DNA of 57,921 nt from Catajapyx aquilonaris (Eukaryota): NCBI GenBank assembly GCA_000934665.2, contig KZ538626.1, forward strand, positions 1 through 57,921, in the 5' to 3' direction. The stretch's first letter is position 1. Every line of letters starts with the position of its first letter. The notes beneath the pieces were generated by a model. The model was given only the letters and a program-made list of their open reading frames with translations. It made no database searches and had not been told where the DNA came from. Below, piece after piece: positions 19,001 through 32,114 of this stretch. A program made the translations under genes and the position numbers.

Positions 19001-22000
19001 TTAAGTGATAGTTTGGATTTAACGTAGATTATGTGCTCTCGTTAATTGGTTTCTTTACTGATTTTTATTAGCTAACTCAGAAAATATTTCACAATAATGT
19101 ATGCGGATGTTTTTGTTTTCTTCCTGGGAGAAGAATGATAGCAGAGTGAACCTAAACGAACGTGTGGCGATCCGTGCCGGTAACTACGGTCTGAAAGTGA
19201 GATTGATAGTAAGCGTAGGCGAGCAGAAAACTTGTGCCTTTCCATGTGGGCGTGAATAATGCAAGAGCGAGCCTAATCTCCTTCTCGGCTAATCCGGGCC
19301 CAGGCCGCTGACAAATAAAAGACAAGGTGGAAGGTTAGGTTGCCAATTCCAAGCCGAACTCTACTCCTCTGGTGGAAAAGCCTACCTGCCATTAAAAAGG
19401 AATTGTCCAAATCCCTCCAAGCTCGCCACCCGCCTGCCCTTACCCACCCATGAACCTCTCCCTATAGCTGGGTATATAGGTTTGTGTGTGTCTGTGTAGA
19501 GGATATCCTCTAGTTAGGTGTACACGTAACGTCAGTCAGTGCTACTGGAGCAGATGGTAACCATCTGCTGCTTCTCACCCAGAACTTTTTCCTTCTCGAA
19601 GGATGGGGCCATTCCTCGCCCCAATTCGTCTCTTCATGCCCTCTCACACCCCACTCACCTCCTACTGACTAATTATTGAAACCCGTTTCAACAGGCCGAC
19701 TCTTACACTAGGGCTTAAAGATCAAAAGCAGCGCTGAAATGCCTATATGATGCAAACGGGTATAATTGTAATTTCGGATGTCCATTAATTGGGGGGCTTG
19801 TTAGGGCGGATTTTTTTGGCATTTGAATCTTTGAGAGATGATCGGCTAATCCGTCGACTCATAAATAATCCTGTGATTAGTAATGCATTTTTGCATTGAA
19901 CGAGGCTGTCACTGTTCAGAACATTAATAGTTAATGCCAAGCTCATGCAAGTTTATTACAAAGTCAGTAGGTCTGGCATTATATACTCCATTGGCCCAAC
20001 AGCCCTTCCAGTGTTTTCAAAAATAATAATGGTGCCATGTGCACAAAATGTGAAAGGTACATTAGAAATTTCTGACGACATCGTTTTCATTTGCTATTAC
20101 TCGAGCAGGACAACTTCATGGAATGTGATTTTTTTAGTCATATAGACTAATTTCTATATGTTTAAAAAATTTAAAACGAAACCCTCAATCTATTATGAGA
20201 GTTTCCCACTAATTTTAACTCTCCTTATTTAATTAAGACCGACATCATTTCCCGCGTCATTAACCCCGCATCGGAACTCCCAATGCATATGTCATTAACA
20301 AACCTATTTAAAACCACCCCCGCACTAATGTGTCAGCCGAGCCATTCTTGACTCGATGTGTTTGGTCAGGTCTTTTAGACATAGCTAGGTCGGAGCATAC
20401 CAGAATCCCAAACCGGAGGTATAGATGGCCGTGTAATTTGGAGGCTGCTGGGGGCCAGAAATGTGGTGTCACAGCGTGGCAATGAGCTGCAGCAGCCACG
20501 GCGGGGGGTAGAGGAGGAGGAGAGCTCATTTTCCGCCGACTTTCTCCCCCCTCTCTGCCAATGGGCCGTCCAATTGGCCTGGTGTCAACAGATTCATAGC
20601 GGAAGTTGCTCCGAGGGAGGGGATGCTGGGGAGGGATTCACCGGCAGGCAGGGCATATATCCCTCTCCTCTACAGAGATATAAAGTATATATCCTGGCGC
20701 TCCCCAGTCCCCGCGACTCATAACACGCGCCTCCAGGCGGTTTGCCCTCCAAACAGCCTCAGCTGCAGCCAATCACGCTGCGAGAGGGAAGCACCCACGC
20801 CATACACCGCCATGTTGCGAGGTGTTATAAGGCTGAAGATTTGATGGATGACTAGAGGTGCAAACCGAGTCATTGTCCAAGTCCCAATTAGCTGGATGAT
20901 AACAGAGTGCTCTCAATTGGGTCTTTCAAGACGAAGAAGTGGTATTATGTAGCTGTAGGGGCCTTGGTGCAGTCAAATTGCTTCCACTTCCTGTTGGAAG
21001 TAGCGTAGAGGTCTATTTGTGAGGCCGCGAGGGAAGCAAAGAGGTAGTAAACTGCTGGCTAATAACCTACTAAAAGAAATGGATGTGTGTAGGACTTGGA
21101 ATCGTTGAGCTGGTGAGAGGGACTCATTCTTAGGGAGGATAGTTGTGTGGGTGGGTAGGTGGTAAGTTTTAGGAAGTAGGTTGTCCTGTGCCAGCCAGGG
21201 GAATTAGCCGAGTTGACTTGGCCGTGATGACAGGTTGACGAGGCGGGGAGTTTGTCTAGCTTGGGATGGGACTGCTTGTTTCCCACCAGGATAGCCCGAC
21301 TCGACCCCTGTGTCTTGCATGTGCTGCGAGTCGAGATATGCACCCGCCCCACTCCCAGATTTATGCGTCTCGTACATTGCCTCCCAAAGCACCCACTCTC
21401 GCTTGTCACCTTTGCAACTACACCAGAATATATTAGGACTAGACAGAAGGAGGACCGCCTCTCGTTTGAAAAGTGGTGTCCAAATGGGTTGGTTAAACTG
21501 GTTGGTGTATATGTATATAGGGGCAAAATCTCATGCTTTCCCTCCTATAGTGCACCAACGCTCCTGCTGCTCCTGTATCGCATCAAATCCCTGATGTTTG
21601 CCTTCTGATTTCCAATGCGGACGTTGATTAGTCCAGTTACAGATTAATATGTGGCCGCGCGGCGTTTGTGCATACAAGATGCTGGCCTTCTCTTGCTGCA
21701 GGTCATGGGGGATTTTTGCCCCCAAGGCATTGCATGGGACGCGGAATTTGTTTGATAGTGGGAAAAAGGGGGAGGGAGAGAGGGGGGGAAATGGACTGGC
21801 AGATCAGTGATTCTGCACGATGTTGCCTGGGCCTATGCAGCGTATAAACAAAAGTTGCAGCGTGCTTGAAAGTATACGCAAAAATGGATTGCATTTTTTT
21901 TTCGAGCCTCGCGTATGTGCACAATATCTCAGGCGATAATATTGCAATAAGAACGGTTCGCAAATTAAATTAAATTTTTAACAGCTCTAGAGCCCAGTTA

Positions 22001-23166
22001 ACAATGTGCACACATGTGTTATAGGTGTGACAAGTGTGTATATGAAAATAATAAGTTAAATTATTAAGAAGCGATGTGCGTGGGGGGTGGAGGGATGATG
22101 GGAATTGGGGAGTTATAGGGAGGGGATCGAGTGAATAGGTTCCAGAACGGATCCAATTCTTGGAGAAATGAGCCAACCGTCGCCTTGAACTCATCTCTTG
22201 AGGGTTGCTGGGAAGAAGCCTTTTAGAATTAAGATGAGAGGGGCAGATCAGCAGAGTATAGAGAAAGAGAAAAGCTAGTGAGGATGGAGGGTAGGAAAAA
22301 AAAAACTGGGATGGTGTGAAGAAAAAGCAAGTCCAGAAACATCTGGAAGGCATTAATATCAGTCCAGGGGCAGTGCTTTTTACACGCCCCTCGAACAAGC
22401 ACATAAGTGTCTTTTAATGACTCCAATTTGCCTTCTGGTGTACGTGACCCCGGTTCTTCGACAGAAGAAGCTTGCTTGCAGTAGCGAAGCGGAAAAGAAG
22501 AAGCATTCCTGAATTAACATTTTAATTGGAAGCAGTAATCGAAAAGGGATGCTCCTGTGCCGTGTGTGTTCCCCATGACAACACTTGGGCCAAAGTCTCC
22601 CCCCCCCCTCCCTCCTCCTCCTCTTCATGCAGGTGACGTCAGAGGTCCCTGACGATGCCAAGCCGGTGCCTCGTTTCAGGCCTCATTTGCAACGCTTCCA
22701 GTGCTAAACCGCCATAATTATCTCTTCCGCCAATTGGCCCGCCACCAAGCTGCCTAATTTTCTGTCTCGTGTCCTTTTTTTTCTTTCTCTCTCTCCTCTC
22801 TCTATCTCCCTGAAGCGAATGTACACGCGCGTGTGTGTGTGTTGCAAGCGCGGACTAAATGCGGCGCATGCTTTGAATGGCGCATTTGTAGTGCTCAAAT
22901 TGGTGCTTGCGGAGACGCCACTCTAGCTCGAAAACTACCTACAACAGACGACGCTCTCTTCGTAGGAATCTGGTATAAAAGTGCGGCAAAGCAAAGCCTG
23001 GGACGGTCCAGACATTTTTTTACGGGGCCAAGTAATTAGATTTTTGCCAAATGAACATTACGTACGAAATTATTTGGATTATTTTGTTAGTGTGTTTACG
23101 TTTTAACATATTATAAACCAATTTAACCTGTATACACATAGGGTGTAAGCTCACTGGACTGAGGTT

Positions 23167-23843
23167 ACGGACAAGATATTTTACAAATACGCGTAATAAC
23201 TAAGTTATACATAATATATTTACCCATGATTCATGGAAAATACTATGAATGTTGCGAACTATGTTGCGAACAATTTAACTCCTCTAGAAATCCCTAAATT
23301 AATTTCCAAGAAGAGCGCCTTAAAAACTCTAAATTAGAGTACTACCGGCCAACTAGGCTTATTTAATTATGAAATACGCGAAAATATACGGAACAGCAAC
23401 CTTGAGAACCGTGTCAGGAATTTGCTGAAATCATGGTTCTTTGGGAGAAATAAATTAATACTTAGTTGCGGATTTTTGACACTTCTCGAGAAGTAAATCA
23501 ATTTGGGAGTTTTCCGAAGTGTCAAAAATCCGCAAATAGGTATTAGTTTATTTCTCAAGGTTGTTGTGACGTATAATATACGTCACAACAACCTTGAGAA
23601 ATAAACTTATAATAAACGTATTATGAAATACGCTAAATATATTATATTTAGCGTATTTCATAATTAAATCAGCCTAACAGTTGGCCGGTAGTACTCCAAT
23701 TTCGGTTTTTAAGGCGGTATTTTTGGAAATTAATTTAGGGACTTCTAGACGAGCAAAATATATTGTTCGCGACATATTCATATTGTTTTCCATGAATTGG
23801 TAAATATAGCTAAATTATCATTTGTGAAATATCTTGTCTGTAT
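23167..23843. repeat. Nested foldback: about 200-bp diverged outer inverted arms enclosing three perfect hairpins
   Basis: Outer arms at about 23167-23388 and 23645-23843. Inner stems at 23466-23485/23516-23535 (20 bp), 23545-23575/23577-23607 (31 bp) and 23620-23641/23643-23664 (22 bp). Confidence 0.9.
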
Positions 23844-24561
23844 CTGAAGAGTAGGCGTTTTTGGCATTTGGCCTATAGTTGGTAGCGACTAGCGAAGTAG
23901 GGGTTAATGATTCATCCTGCGAGTTATACCACCCCCTTACCACATTTGCTGCATGGGTCGTCTCACCCTCAGGATATTTTTATCACACATACGGGTTCAG
24001 TTGCAGACAACAACAAAAATGCACACAAAAATTATCTCCTGTAATGTAGTCGAAATCGATAAAATCAACTATAGTTAGTCTTGTAACATCCTACAAATCC
24101 GACAAATGTTTGCATGTTGCAGTGATACGGTGCTTCACTTTCATATCTCTAACACACGCATAGGCTAGCTGCAAAACTGATATCCTATCAGTATGTTTAC
24201 ACATTTATGTCTGCAGTTATCTCCGCTGTAGTAAGCAAGTAGTTCTATAAAAAACTTATGTTCGGCGATGTTCGGGGTAATTACATTTATTGAGAGCAGC
24301 AGTAATGACACTCTGCTCATCCACTGGATATATGAAATTATCCCAATGTTTGCTGCAATATGAACAAATCCGAGCTGATCCTAGGTGAAGCACACTGAAG
24401 CTGAATATACTTTTGAGTGAAGCAGCTTGGATCTGATTTGGGAATTACAACCTTGCTTTTGGGAGCAAGGCAGCATTTGATGCCCAGTGATGCAGTCAGA
24501 ATTGCTTGTTTTGGAGGGGAGTTTTGATGGAAGGGTTAGGATGCGAGGGGGGGGGGGGGGC

Positions 24562-24840
24562 NNNNNNNNNNNNNNNNNNNNNNNNNNNNNNNNNNNNNNN
24601 NNNNNNNNNNNNNNNNNNNNNNNNNNNNNNNNNNNNNNNNNNNNNNNNNNNNNNNNNNNNNNNNNNNNNNNNNNNNNNNNNNNNNNNNNNNNNNNNNNNN
24701 NNNNNNNNNNNNNNNNNNNNNNNNNNNNNNNNNNNNNNNNNNNNNNNNNNNNNNNNNNNNNNNNNNNNNNNNNNNNNNNNNNNNNNNNNNNNNNNNNNNN
24801 NNNNNNNNNNNNNNNNNNNNNNNNNNNNNNNNNNNNNNNN
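24562..24840. other. Assembly gap (279 N) flanked by poly-G runs
   Basis: Run of N with G homopolymers on both sides. Confidence 0.99.
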
Positions 24841-26165
24841 GGGGGGGGGGGAGATAGGTTGGTTACGGCCAGGCCAGCACATAGCTACTTGCAGGCTCCT
24901 CATGCATTTTTCACAAGGCGGATGAAAAAGGTATGGTCATAAAAGTGAACACTTGGGTCGTGACGTGACAGTGTCAATCTGGTTAGGGCGGAGAATTCGC
25001 CCCAAAGAATTTGTTCACTTTCATTCCGCATGGTTCTTTCAGTAGAGTTTTTAAAAAGACCGTGTCAATACCAGCATACCATAAAAATGAGGAAATAAGG
25101 ACTATGCTCCGCCCCCTTGCAATAATTGGCACATGCGAGTCTAATTACCGAGCTCGCCTTTGGTTAGCCTCACTATTATACACCTAGGCCATTTATTATT
25201 TCAGCAACCGGGCCTGCAGTGATTATTAGCCCTTTGGAACTTGGAGAAGCATTTTTAGGGAGCCAAAGACGTGATCGATTATGCAAATAGAAGGGGGGGC
25301 CACTTTGCTTATCCTTTGAAGTCTGTGTGTCTTTCTGAGTAAAAGATAGCTTCTGGCATGTGTGACCTGCTCGGATTGGAGTCTGCAATCATCACACATG
25401 CTACTGCAGGAGGAGGTTAGGCTGCTGGGAAAGGGGAGAGGGGGGGGCAAGTAGAGAGTGCATAGAGAGGGGGGGTGAGGTGCCCCTCCCTCCCTCCCAT
25501 CGAAACCCCTCATCCCCATCACTACTACTAAACCCCCCTCGGCCCGTGCTCTTCTCATCCCCGCAGGCTCTCGGAGGCCATCCATAATGCAGAGGCCAGG
25601 CCTCAGTCCGCTCGCTCCTAATCGAATGGCGGATGAGGCCTGCATAATTCACGCCCCACGTATTAAACCAGCATCGCCCACGAATTGGCAGAATCCGGGG
25701 GGAACCCTACCCCACACACCCTGCCAACCCTGCCAACCCAGCTTCCTTCTCCTCCTCCCCATAGCACACCACAAAACCAGGCTCTTCTACCCAGACACCC
25801 AAAAAAGCCCGAGTCCTCCATCACGGTGGCTTGCGGAGGCCACCTCTCTTGTTTGTCCACCGACCTCGAAATTGCCTTGCCCTTAGTTAGGGGGGAAAGC
25901 AACACGACCTATTCAGCCCAAAGACATCACTTGATCGTCCGACATGATCGCACCTGAGTTACCAAAGAGCATCGTTATTGCTGGTCCCCAGGTGTGGCTT
26001 GTATGCAACATTGTGTTCAGAAATGTATGGGGGGCGACCTTTGGCTAAATGGTTAAAAAAATGACAATTAGGTAGCATGTTGCATCGTATATAATTAGAC
26101 ATTATAGAGCATGTACGGATTTTTTTAAAGTAAAATATTACTGATGTTAAATACTACATACGGTA

Positions 26166-26309
26166 CTATTGGTCTCAATTAGTTTCGACCACTTTATCCT
26201 GGTCTTGACGCAACCCTTCGCACACCTACACACCTCCTCACCGTGGGGCCTATGCGAAGGGTTGCGTCAAGACCAGGCTAAAGTGGCCGAAACTAATTGA
26301 GACCGATAG
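26166..26309. mobile_element. MITE with about 57-bp TIRs and TA target duplication
   Basis: TA|CTATTGGTCTCAATTAGTTTCG...CGAAACTAATTGAGACCGATAG|TA. The arms differ at only about 3 positions and enclose a 30-bp spacer. Confidence 0.8.
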
Positions 26310-26310
26310 T

Positions 26311-26460
26311 ACATCTCGAAAAAATAATGCACGAGTTAAAAGAAATTTTACAGTATTTTTTTAAAAAAAGTGCAAATACAGCTGAAATGGACATCTCAAA
26401 AAAATAATACACGGATTTTAAACATTTTACAATTTTTCATATAAAAAGTGCAAACACATC
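26311..26460. repeat. Diverged tandem duplication of an about 80-bp AT-rich unit
   Basis: ACATCTCGAAAAAATAATGCACG...AAAAAGTGCAAATACA recurs as ACATCTCAAAAAAATAATACACG...AAAAAGTGCAAACACA. Confidence 0.65.
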
Positions 26461-27469
26461 ACGATATTATCAAGCTAAAATGGACCTTCCCAAGAGGGTA
26501 GGTAGGCTTATGCGCATTTAGAGAAATTAAATATAATTACAAAGTGGCACGAACAATCCCAATCTGTAACAATTTATGCTCGGGAGATTAGTACGGAATA
26601 AATACATTTGTTTGTGCACCTGCTATGAACTATCCAGGGAGGTGGGTACCACCGCACATCGGCGGTCAATTAATGACTTAATTATCCACTTAACGCAATG
26701 ATGTTTAAAATAGTCAACCCCCCTCCAGTTCGTGAGGGTGGGCTGTGACACTGTTACAACCTAGCACTTCGCATTTACTATCCGGAATCAGGCCAGCATC
26801 CATAACTCCAATCGCCATAAAAAACCTCAGAAAAAAATGGATCACTAGCTACGCCCTCCAAACCGACTCCCTTAAATTATTTTAGTGGCAGTAACCGAGG
26901 TGGAATCAGGAAAATGGGAGTAGGATTCGATTCGTGACGAGAAAGAGAAGGAAAGTTGGGTGTGGGGATATGTCTCTCTCTTTTCTCTCTATTCCCCCCC
27001 GCCTTCCCCCTCCTCCTTTTTTTTGCAAAAAAAAAAGTGGGGAGGAAGAGGAAGCATCGGCGCGTTCCGCTCGTCAACTTTTTAACAATTTAGAGGGCTT
27101 GGCGCGTAGTGTTATGGCGTCGAGGGTGTGGGACGTCTTATTATCTATTTATTTTATCGGGCGGAACGGAGTTGGAACGGTCCCCTCCGTTGACTGAATA
27201 AAAGAAAATAACTTTGGCGGCGGTATGGAGCTAAGTCTCATCATTTCTATGCACCTCTAGGGAGGAGCCCCATGCCGGATTGCAGCCGGGGTGGGAGGAA
27301 AGAGAGAAACAACAAGAGGAAAAAAATATCCCCCCTCTTCTTTTTCTCTCCCCTGTATATATACACCCCCCCTGCTGTTGCCTCAGATTGGAGGAAATTT
27401 GGCGAAAAAAATGGGGTTATCTAGACAACGATACCCGAGAGGCCGTGGGTTGGTGACAGAGCAGGAGTA

Positions 27470-28060
27470 TCAAAATTGTACGCCTTTTCTCGCTTTCCTC
27501 TCTTCCATTCGCTCAGATAATTCCCAGAAGAATTTCAGAGACAAAATGTCTGCCAAGAAAAGACAAAAACCTGGGGCTGATTTTGACACCTGCAAATTGT
27601 TTCTACCTTTTATCTCAATCAGAGGGGTTGGATTCAAGATGGTGCCCATTTGGAGGTTGGTGACCGGACTTATTGGATCGTGGGTGTGGAACAAGATAGG
27701 TGCTAGGGATGCTCTTGCGGCGAATAAATAGTGTGATTGGCTACTAGGTAGGGCTCAAGGGGATCAGAAATCCTTTGGGGATATGCAGAGGTAGAAGTAG
27801 AGAGAGAGTGAGGTTAATTCCCATGGGGAGTGGAGGGACTTCTCTAGTCCCCTTTGAACTAGGGATGGAGATAGGCGACATCTCTTTGCCTTTTCATGAG
27901 AGTCAGGAAAGGGTGCAGAAGCCGGCTTGACCACGGCCCATACCCACGCTTTGGCCCTCCACCTCTTTCTCCTCTGCCTGAGTCGGATGGCTGGACCAGA
28001 GGTTTGCATTTTTTAGGGGGCCTCCCCGACATGCTCTTTACAGTAAATCCGGGTGACACG
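27470..28060 (-). mobile_element. Possible decayed non-LTR retrotransposon ORF1 (gag-like) remnant
   Basis: Broken frames give LSPSLVQRGLE and NPTPLIEIKG, reminiscent of LINE ORF1 N-terminal motifs. This is recognition only, with no alignment. Confidence 0.25.
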
Positions 28061-29218
28061 TGTGGGCATACCTAGTAGTGCAGGAGATGATGGCTGGGCT
28101 GGCTGATCTTCAAGAAGCGGTTTCCCCTCCGATGATCAAGAGTTGGTCCTCCTCTTTGGACAACAAATCTCAAATTCATGGAATTTTATCCGGCTACCTC
28201 CCCCAGTTTTTGATTATTCATGCCTATCAGGCTATAAGTTAATGATGCTGCACGTGACTACGTCACTACTCCCGAGCTTTAATGGCCCTTCCCACAATTT
28301 AGGGTGTAAATGCCGGCAATAGAGATTCAAATGTTGGCATCATAAAGCCGGGCTTTATAACTAAAGGATGTGCATGTTCCCGTGCAAATTGCAATCATGT
28401 AACCTATAAATAAGCTGGGGGTTAATGTTTACGTTACAGTTATACATTTTAGTTGTGCAATGTTGGAAACAATATAAAAACGGAGGTGCAATTGGGCTTT
28501 ATTTTGGAAGGGTTTAATACTATACAAAGTGCTGGCTATCAAGCTGTAACAAATATCTGTAGAAAGATGGTTAGTACAACAGTATGGCTTGATATGCGTG
28601 TCCTGAAAGTGAAACATCAGGGTACCAATGTCATCCGCAATCCTACTAAAAAACAGATCAAATAAAATAATAGTTTTTGCATGTACTGTACATGAGCAAA
28701 TAAGTCCAACAATATGGACTTTTCTGCTCGAGGATTTTTGATCTATAGGACGCTTGATATCCTGATGATACAGTCACAGGGAACCTGTACCTATTATAAA
28801 CACCCTGTATAGTTTTCAGGGCATCTATACTGCAACAGCGAACATACAAAAGACGTGAATTTTTAACAGATAAATAAATGCTTCAAAATTTCTTATCGTA
28901 ATATATGTAATAGACAATTATGCACAAACATGAACTGAAGCTCATATGCCTGCAGTGTTGCAACAAGAACTATAAAGACGCCTAACATAATACGTTTACA
29001 ACTAAATTTAGAGTCAGTATTTTCTTTAATTCGGATATTCTTTCCTCAGCTGCCCTACTGAGAATTTCACTCATTGGAAAACTAATTAGTAGGGTTCTGA
29101 TGATCTATATAACTTGAACAGCATAGCGCTTCTTATCACATCGCAAATCCGTCAAATAATGTAACATTATCAGGTAATCACTCATTGCCAATGGTGGCAA
29201 CCCTCAACGTGTCACTTC

Positions 29219-32114
29219 TTAGGGAATAGCTACAACGTCAGGACTGATGGGCCGTCGTTCCCAGCTGGTACGCTCTATGAGTCTCTTCCTGCGATCCCAA
29301 AGTTCCAGAATTCGGGTGTGGACAGGCTCGAAGTGAGTCTCCATCCACTCGGTCACCGTCGAAGGATTGTATATTTCACTCAGCGCGTTCTGAAACACAT
29401 ATGTATGACCTCAACTGAAGATGACATGCACAGTGCTTCCTACCTGAAGGTCGACTTTGAGCTTCTCCATGGCCATAACGAGATCCTCGAGGTCACTGGT
29501 GGCCGCCTTGACTTGGAAAGGGCTGGAGTACCCGTTCTTAGCTTGCCACGCAGTCATCCACCCTTTGACCCCGGAGCGACCCAGAATCCCCTGAAAGTGA
29601 AGGTGCAGCTGCGCCAACTTCTGCACACCAATAAAGAGATCAGCACCGGGGTAGGCGCATACGAGAGGATCTTGCAGCGTCGATAGGTCCACCGCCAGGG
29701 ATTCATATGGCTCGCAGGTCAATGCCTTTATGGTCTTGCCAGTAATGTCGCTGATGTTCAGCAGCTCACCAATGCTCAGAGCGAGGGAGATCATGCCTAC
29801 CGGGAGTAGCTCGCAGAGAGCCGCGAAGTGGTCGTACCGCTGCCACCCGGTCGCTATGGCTCCGTGGATGTTGAGTCTCTGGTGGTTCATCTCGATGGTC
29901 TGGCGCCATACTCGGTGGTTCTCCATTCGGGTCACCACGTTTGGTAAGATTTCGTTGGACGCTTCCGCCCCTTTGAAGGCGCTTGCCACCCAGGCGCCTT
30001 CGAAAACACGGGCGTACTTGTCCCATATCTCAGGAGGGATTGCCCCTAGCACATCCGAGTCGTACTTCCACACCACTATCTGTATATGCAATATGGAATT
30101 GTATGCAATAAACAACAAGTTTAAAACAATTTAGCAACATCAGTAGACACACCTGAACATATTCAGCCAATGCTACATTCCGGATGGCCTCCTCGGTTAG
30201 AGTCCGAAGGTGGTCATCCCACATTAGTGGGACTACATGACGATTTCGGACATACTTGGCCACAGCCGCGACGTGGGAGAGGAAAAGATTGCCCAGAGGA
30301 TCTTCAGAGTGGTCCGCCTGCATGCGAGAAGTGCATCGGCTGCACTGGCCAATTTGGTACACTTCATCCGATCCAATGTGGAGGTAATGAATATCCGGAT
30401 GAAGCTCGAGGATCTGGTTGACCATCTCTTTCATCAATGGCAGGGTCTCGTTGTGCGAGGGACAAATAGCCAAGGGGTACTCAGGAACCTCACGAAGGTG
30501 CGCGAACTTCTCCAGCTTCAGAACAAACTCTAGGTGACCGAAAGTCTGAATCAGTGGCACAAACTCAAACTGGTTCTGGGCCGCCAGCTCCTGTATCTTC
30601 AGAATGTCCGGCACAGAATAAGCATCTTTGGCGCTGACCCCTTCCAGCAACCCAGAGTAAGGAAACATGTCCTCATACTCCACCACAAGACCATTGACCC
30701 CAAGATTTCTGAGCACGGGAAAGATTTTGGCCAGGTACGACACCTTCGGGGCTGCTCCTTTTAGGTCCAAATGCACGTACACTGGTACGGCTGATGTGCT
30801 CGAAGCGGACAGGACGTCTCGTCTTCCTGACGGGTATTTTTGAATATCCGGGGCCTGCCATAATAAAATGCATACATTTATGGGCCGTACATCAAACTTG
30901 CTGAATAGTTGATGATGTGGATGTCAAGTAGCCTATTCTGGCTATGAAATATGCACGACTCTACTCAATTGCTTGAAATATATACCTATACATCCTTATT
31001 ACCATTTCAGTAGATAATACTGCATGCGGTAGGATTGTTTCCAATCAATCTACTAGGTAATTGTATGTTTTTAATCAAGTTAATTAATTGTTAATGCATA
31101 CTGCGAACAATAATTTTCATTATTTAAGCCGCACACGAGAATGCTGGAGGTGCAGTTTAAAAATGGTTGCACTATATCGGATTAGCCTACCTGCAGATGT
31201 TTAATGCCGTCGTAAAGGCCCACTTTCTTCCCCGAGTTGTCATCTCGGATAGCACCTTCTGCCATCTTATTAATGTTAGCCAAGAGGTGTGCTTTTACCT
31301 GGTCGGAAAAATACGCCACTTACTCCTTAATGTGCTGCTAATTGTGCTAATGCAAAAATAGGAAACGACAGTAGTTAGGTATTCAAGCAGCAATTATAGG
31401 GCTGGGGTTGATATTCAGTGTCGACAGATCTGATTTTTTTTAAATGGATTCCTTCCCTATATCCTTCTCCCTAATTGAGATGTCGTATAAAAGCGTACTA
31501 TCACATCCCCAACAACTCAGCTAACAACTTGGCAGCAAAAGTTGTGACATTCTTATTACTTTCGTATTGTAATGCATCTAGGCATTAGCGCCAGGTCGAC
31601 TTGTCTGTGGAGCAATCATTCGCAATCTTGAGAAAATTTTAATGCAACCCGGCCTGGATATCGAACCCAAGCCCTTCTGGTGACAGGGTAAAAAAGCACC
31701 TCGTTATTTTCATCCCATCATAGTTGGGCGTTAGAATCAGCAGGTCTATCCGTGGTCAGTGTTGGAGCTTAATTAGGGTGAAGATCATGCCTGGACGGAC
31801 CATAATTGGCTTACCTGCTTCTGTTTTTCGACGTGCCTGGGATCCTGCGTAAGCAGAGAGTAACTCTCACCATGCGACTTTTTACGCCCAATTGGCTTGG
31901 GCTCTCCCACAGGCCGAGCCAGATTGACAGGCATCACTCCTATGTTTGCCCCGAAACCCACCTCACCATCCTGGAGAATCATTCGGTAGAAGACCACCGC
32001 GACGGTCAACGTGCACAGGAGGAACAGGGTCAAAGATGCACGTCGTCTCACACGTCGAAGCTTGTCCACGAACCATCCAAACAACAGGCAGTATCCTCCT
32101 CTTCCGGCCATCAT
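29219..32114 (-). CDS. HEXD: Hexosaminidase D-like glycoside hydrolase family 20 protein, type II membrane anchored, 5 exons, about 638 aa
   Basis: Exons 32114-31815, 31298-31191, 30854-30153, 30079-29444 and 29389-29219, all with phase-0 GT-AG introns. HEXDC-type motifs VHLDLKGAAPK, EYEDMFPY, PLIQTFGHLEFVLK, catalytic HIGSDE, WDD, ASAFKGA and TGWQRYDHFAALCELLP. Basic N-terminus followed by a hydrophobic segment. Exon 2 is less certain than the others. Confidence 0.93.

Noticed and set aside
20850..22404. ORFs of 118-155 aa as a possible gene or LINE remnant
   Set aside because: No recognisable motif or coherent splice chain. The resemblance to a LINE 3' end is too weak to call.
24487..24942. 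ORFs of 135-151 aa
   Set aside because: They are open only because they cross the N gap.
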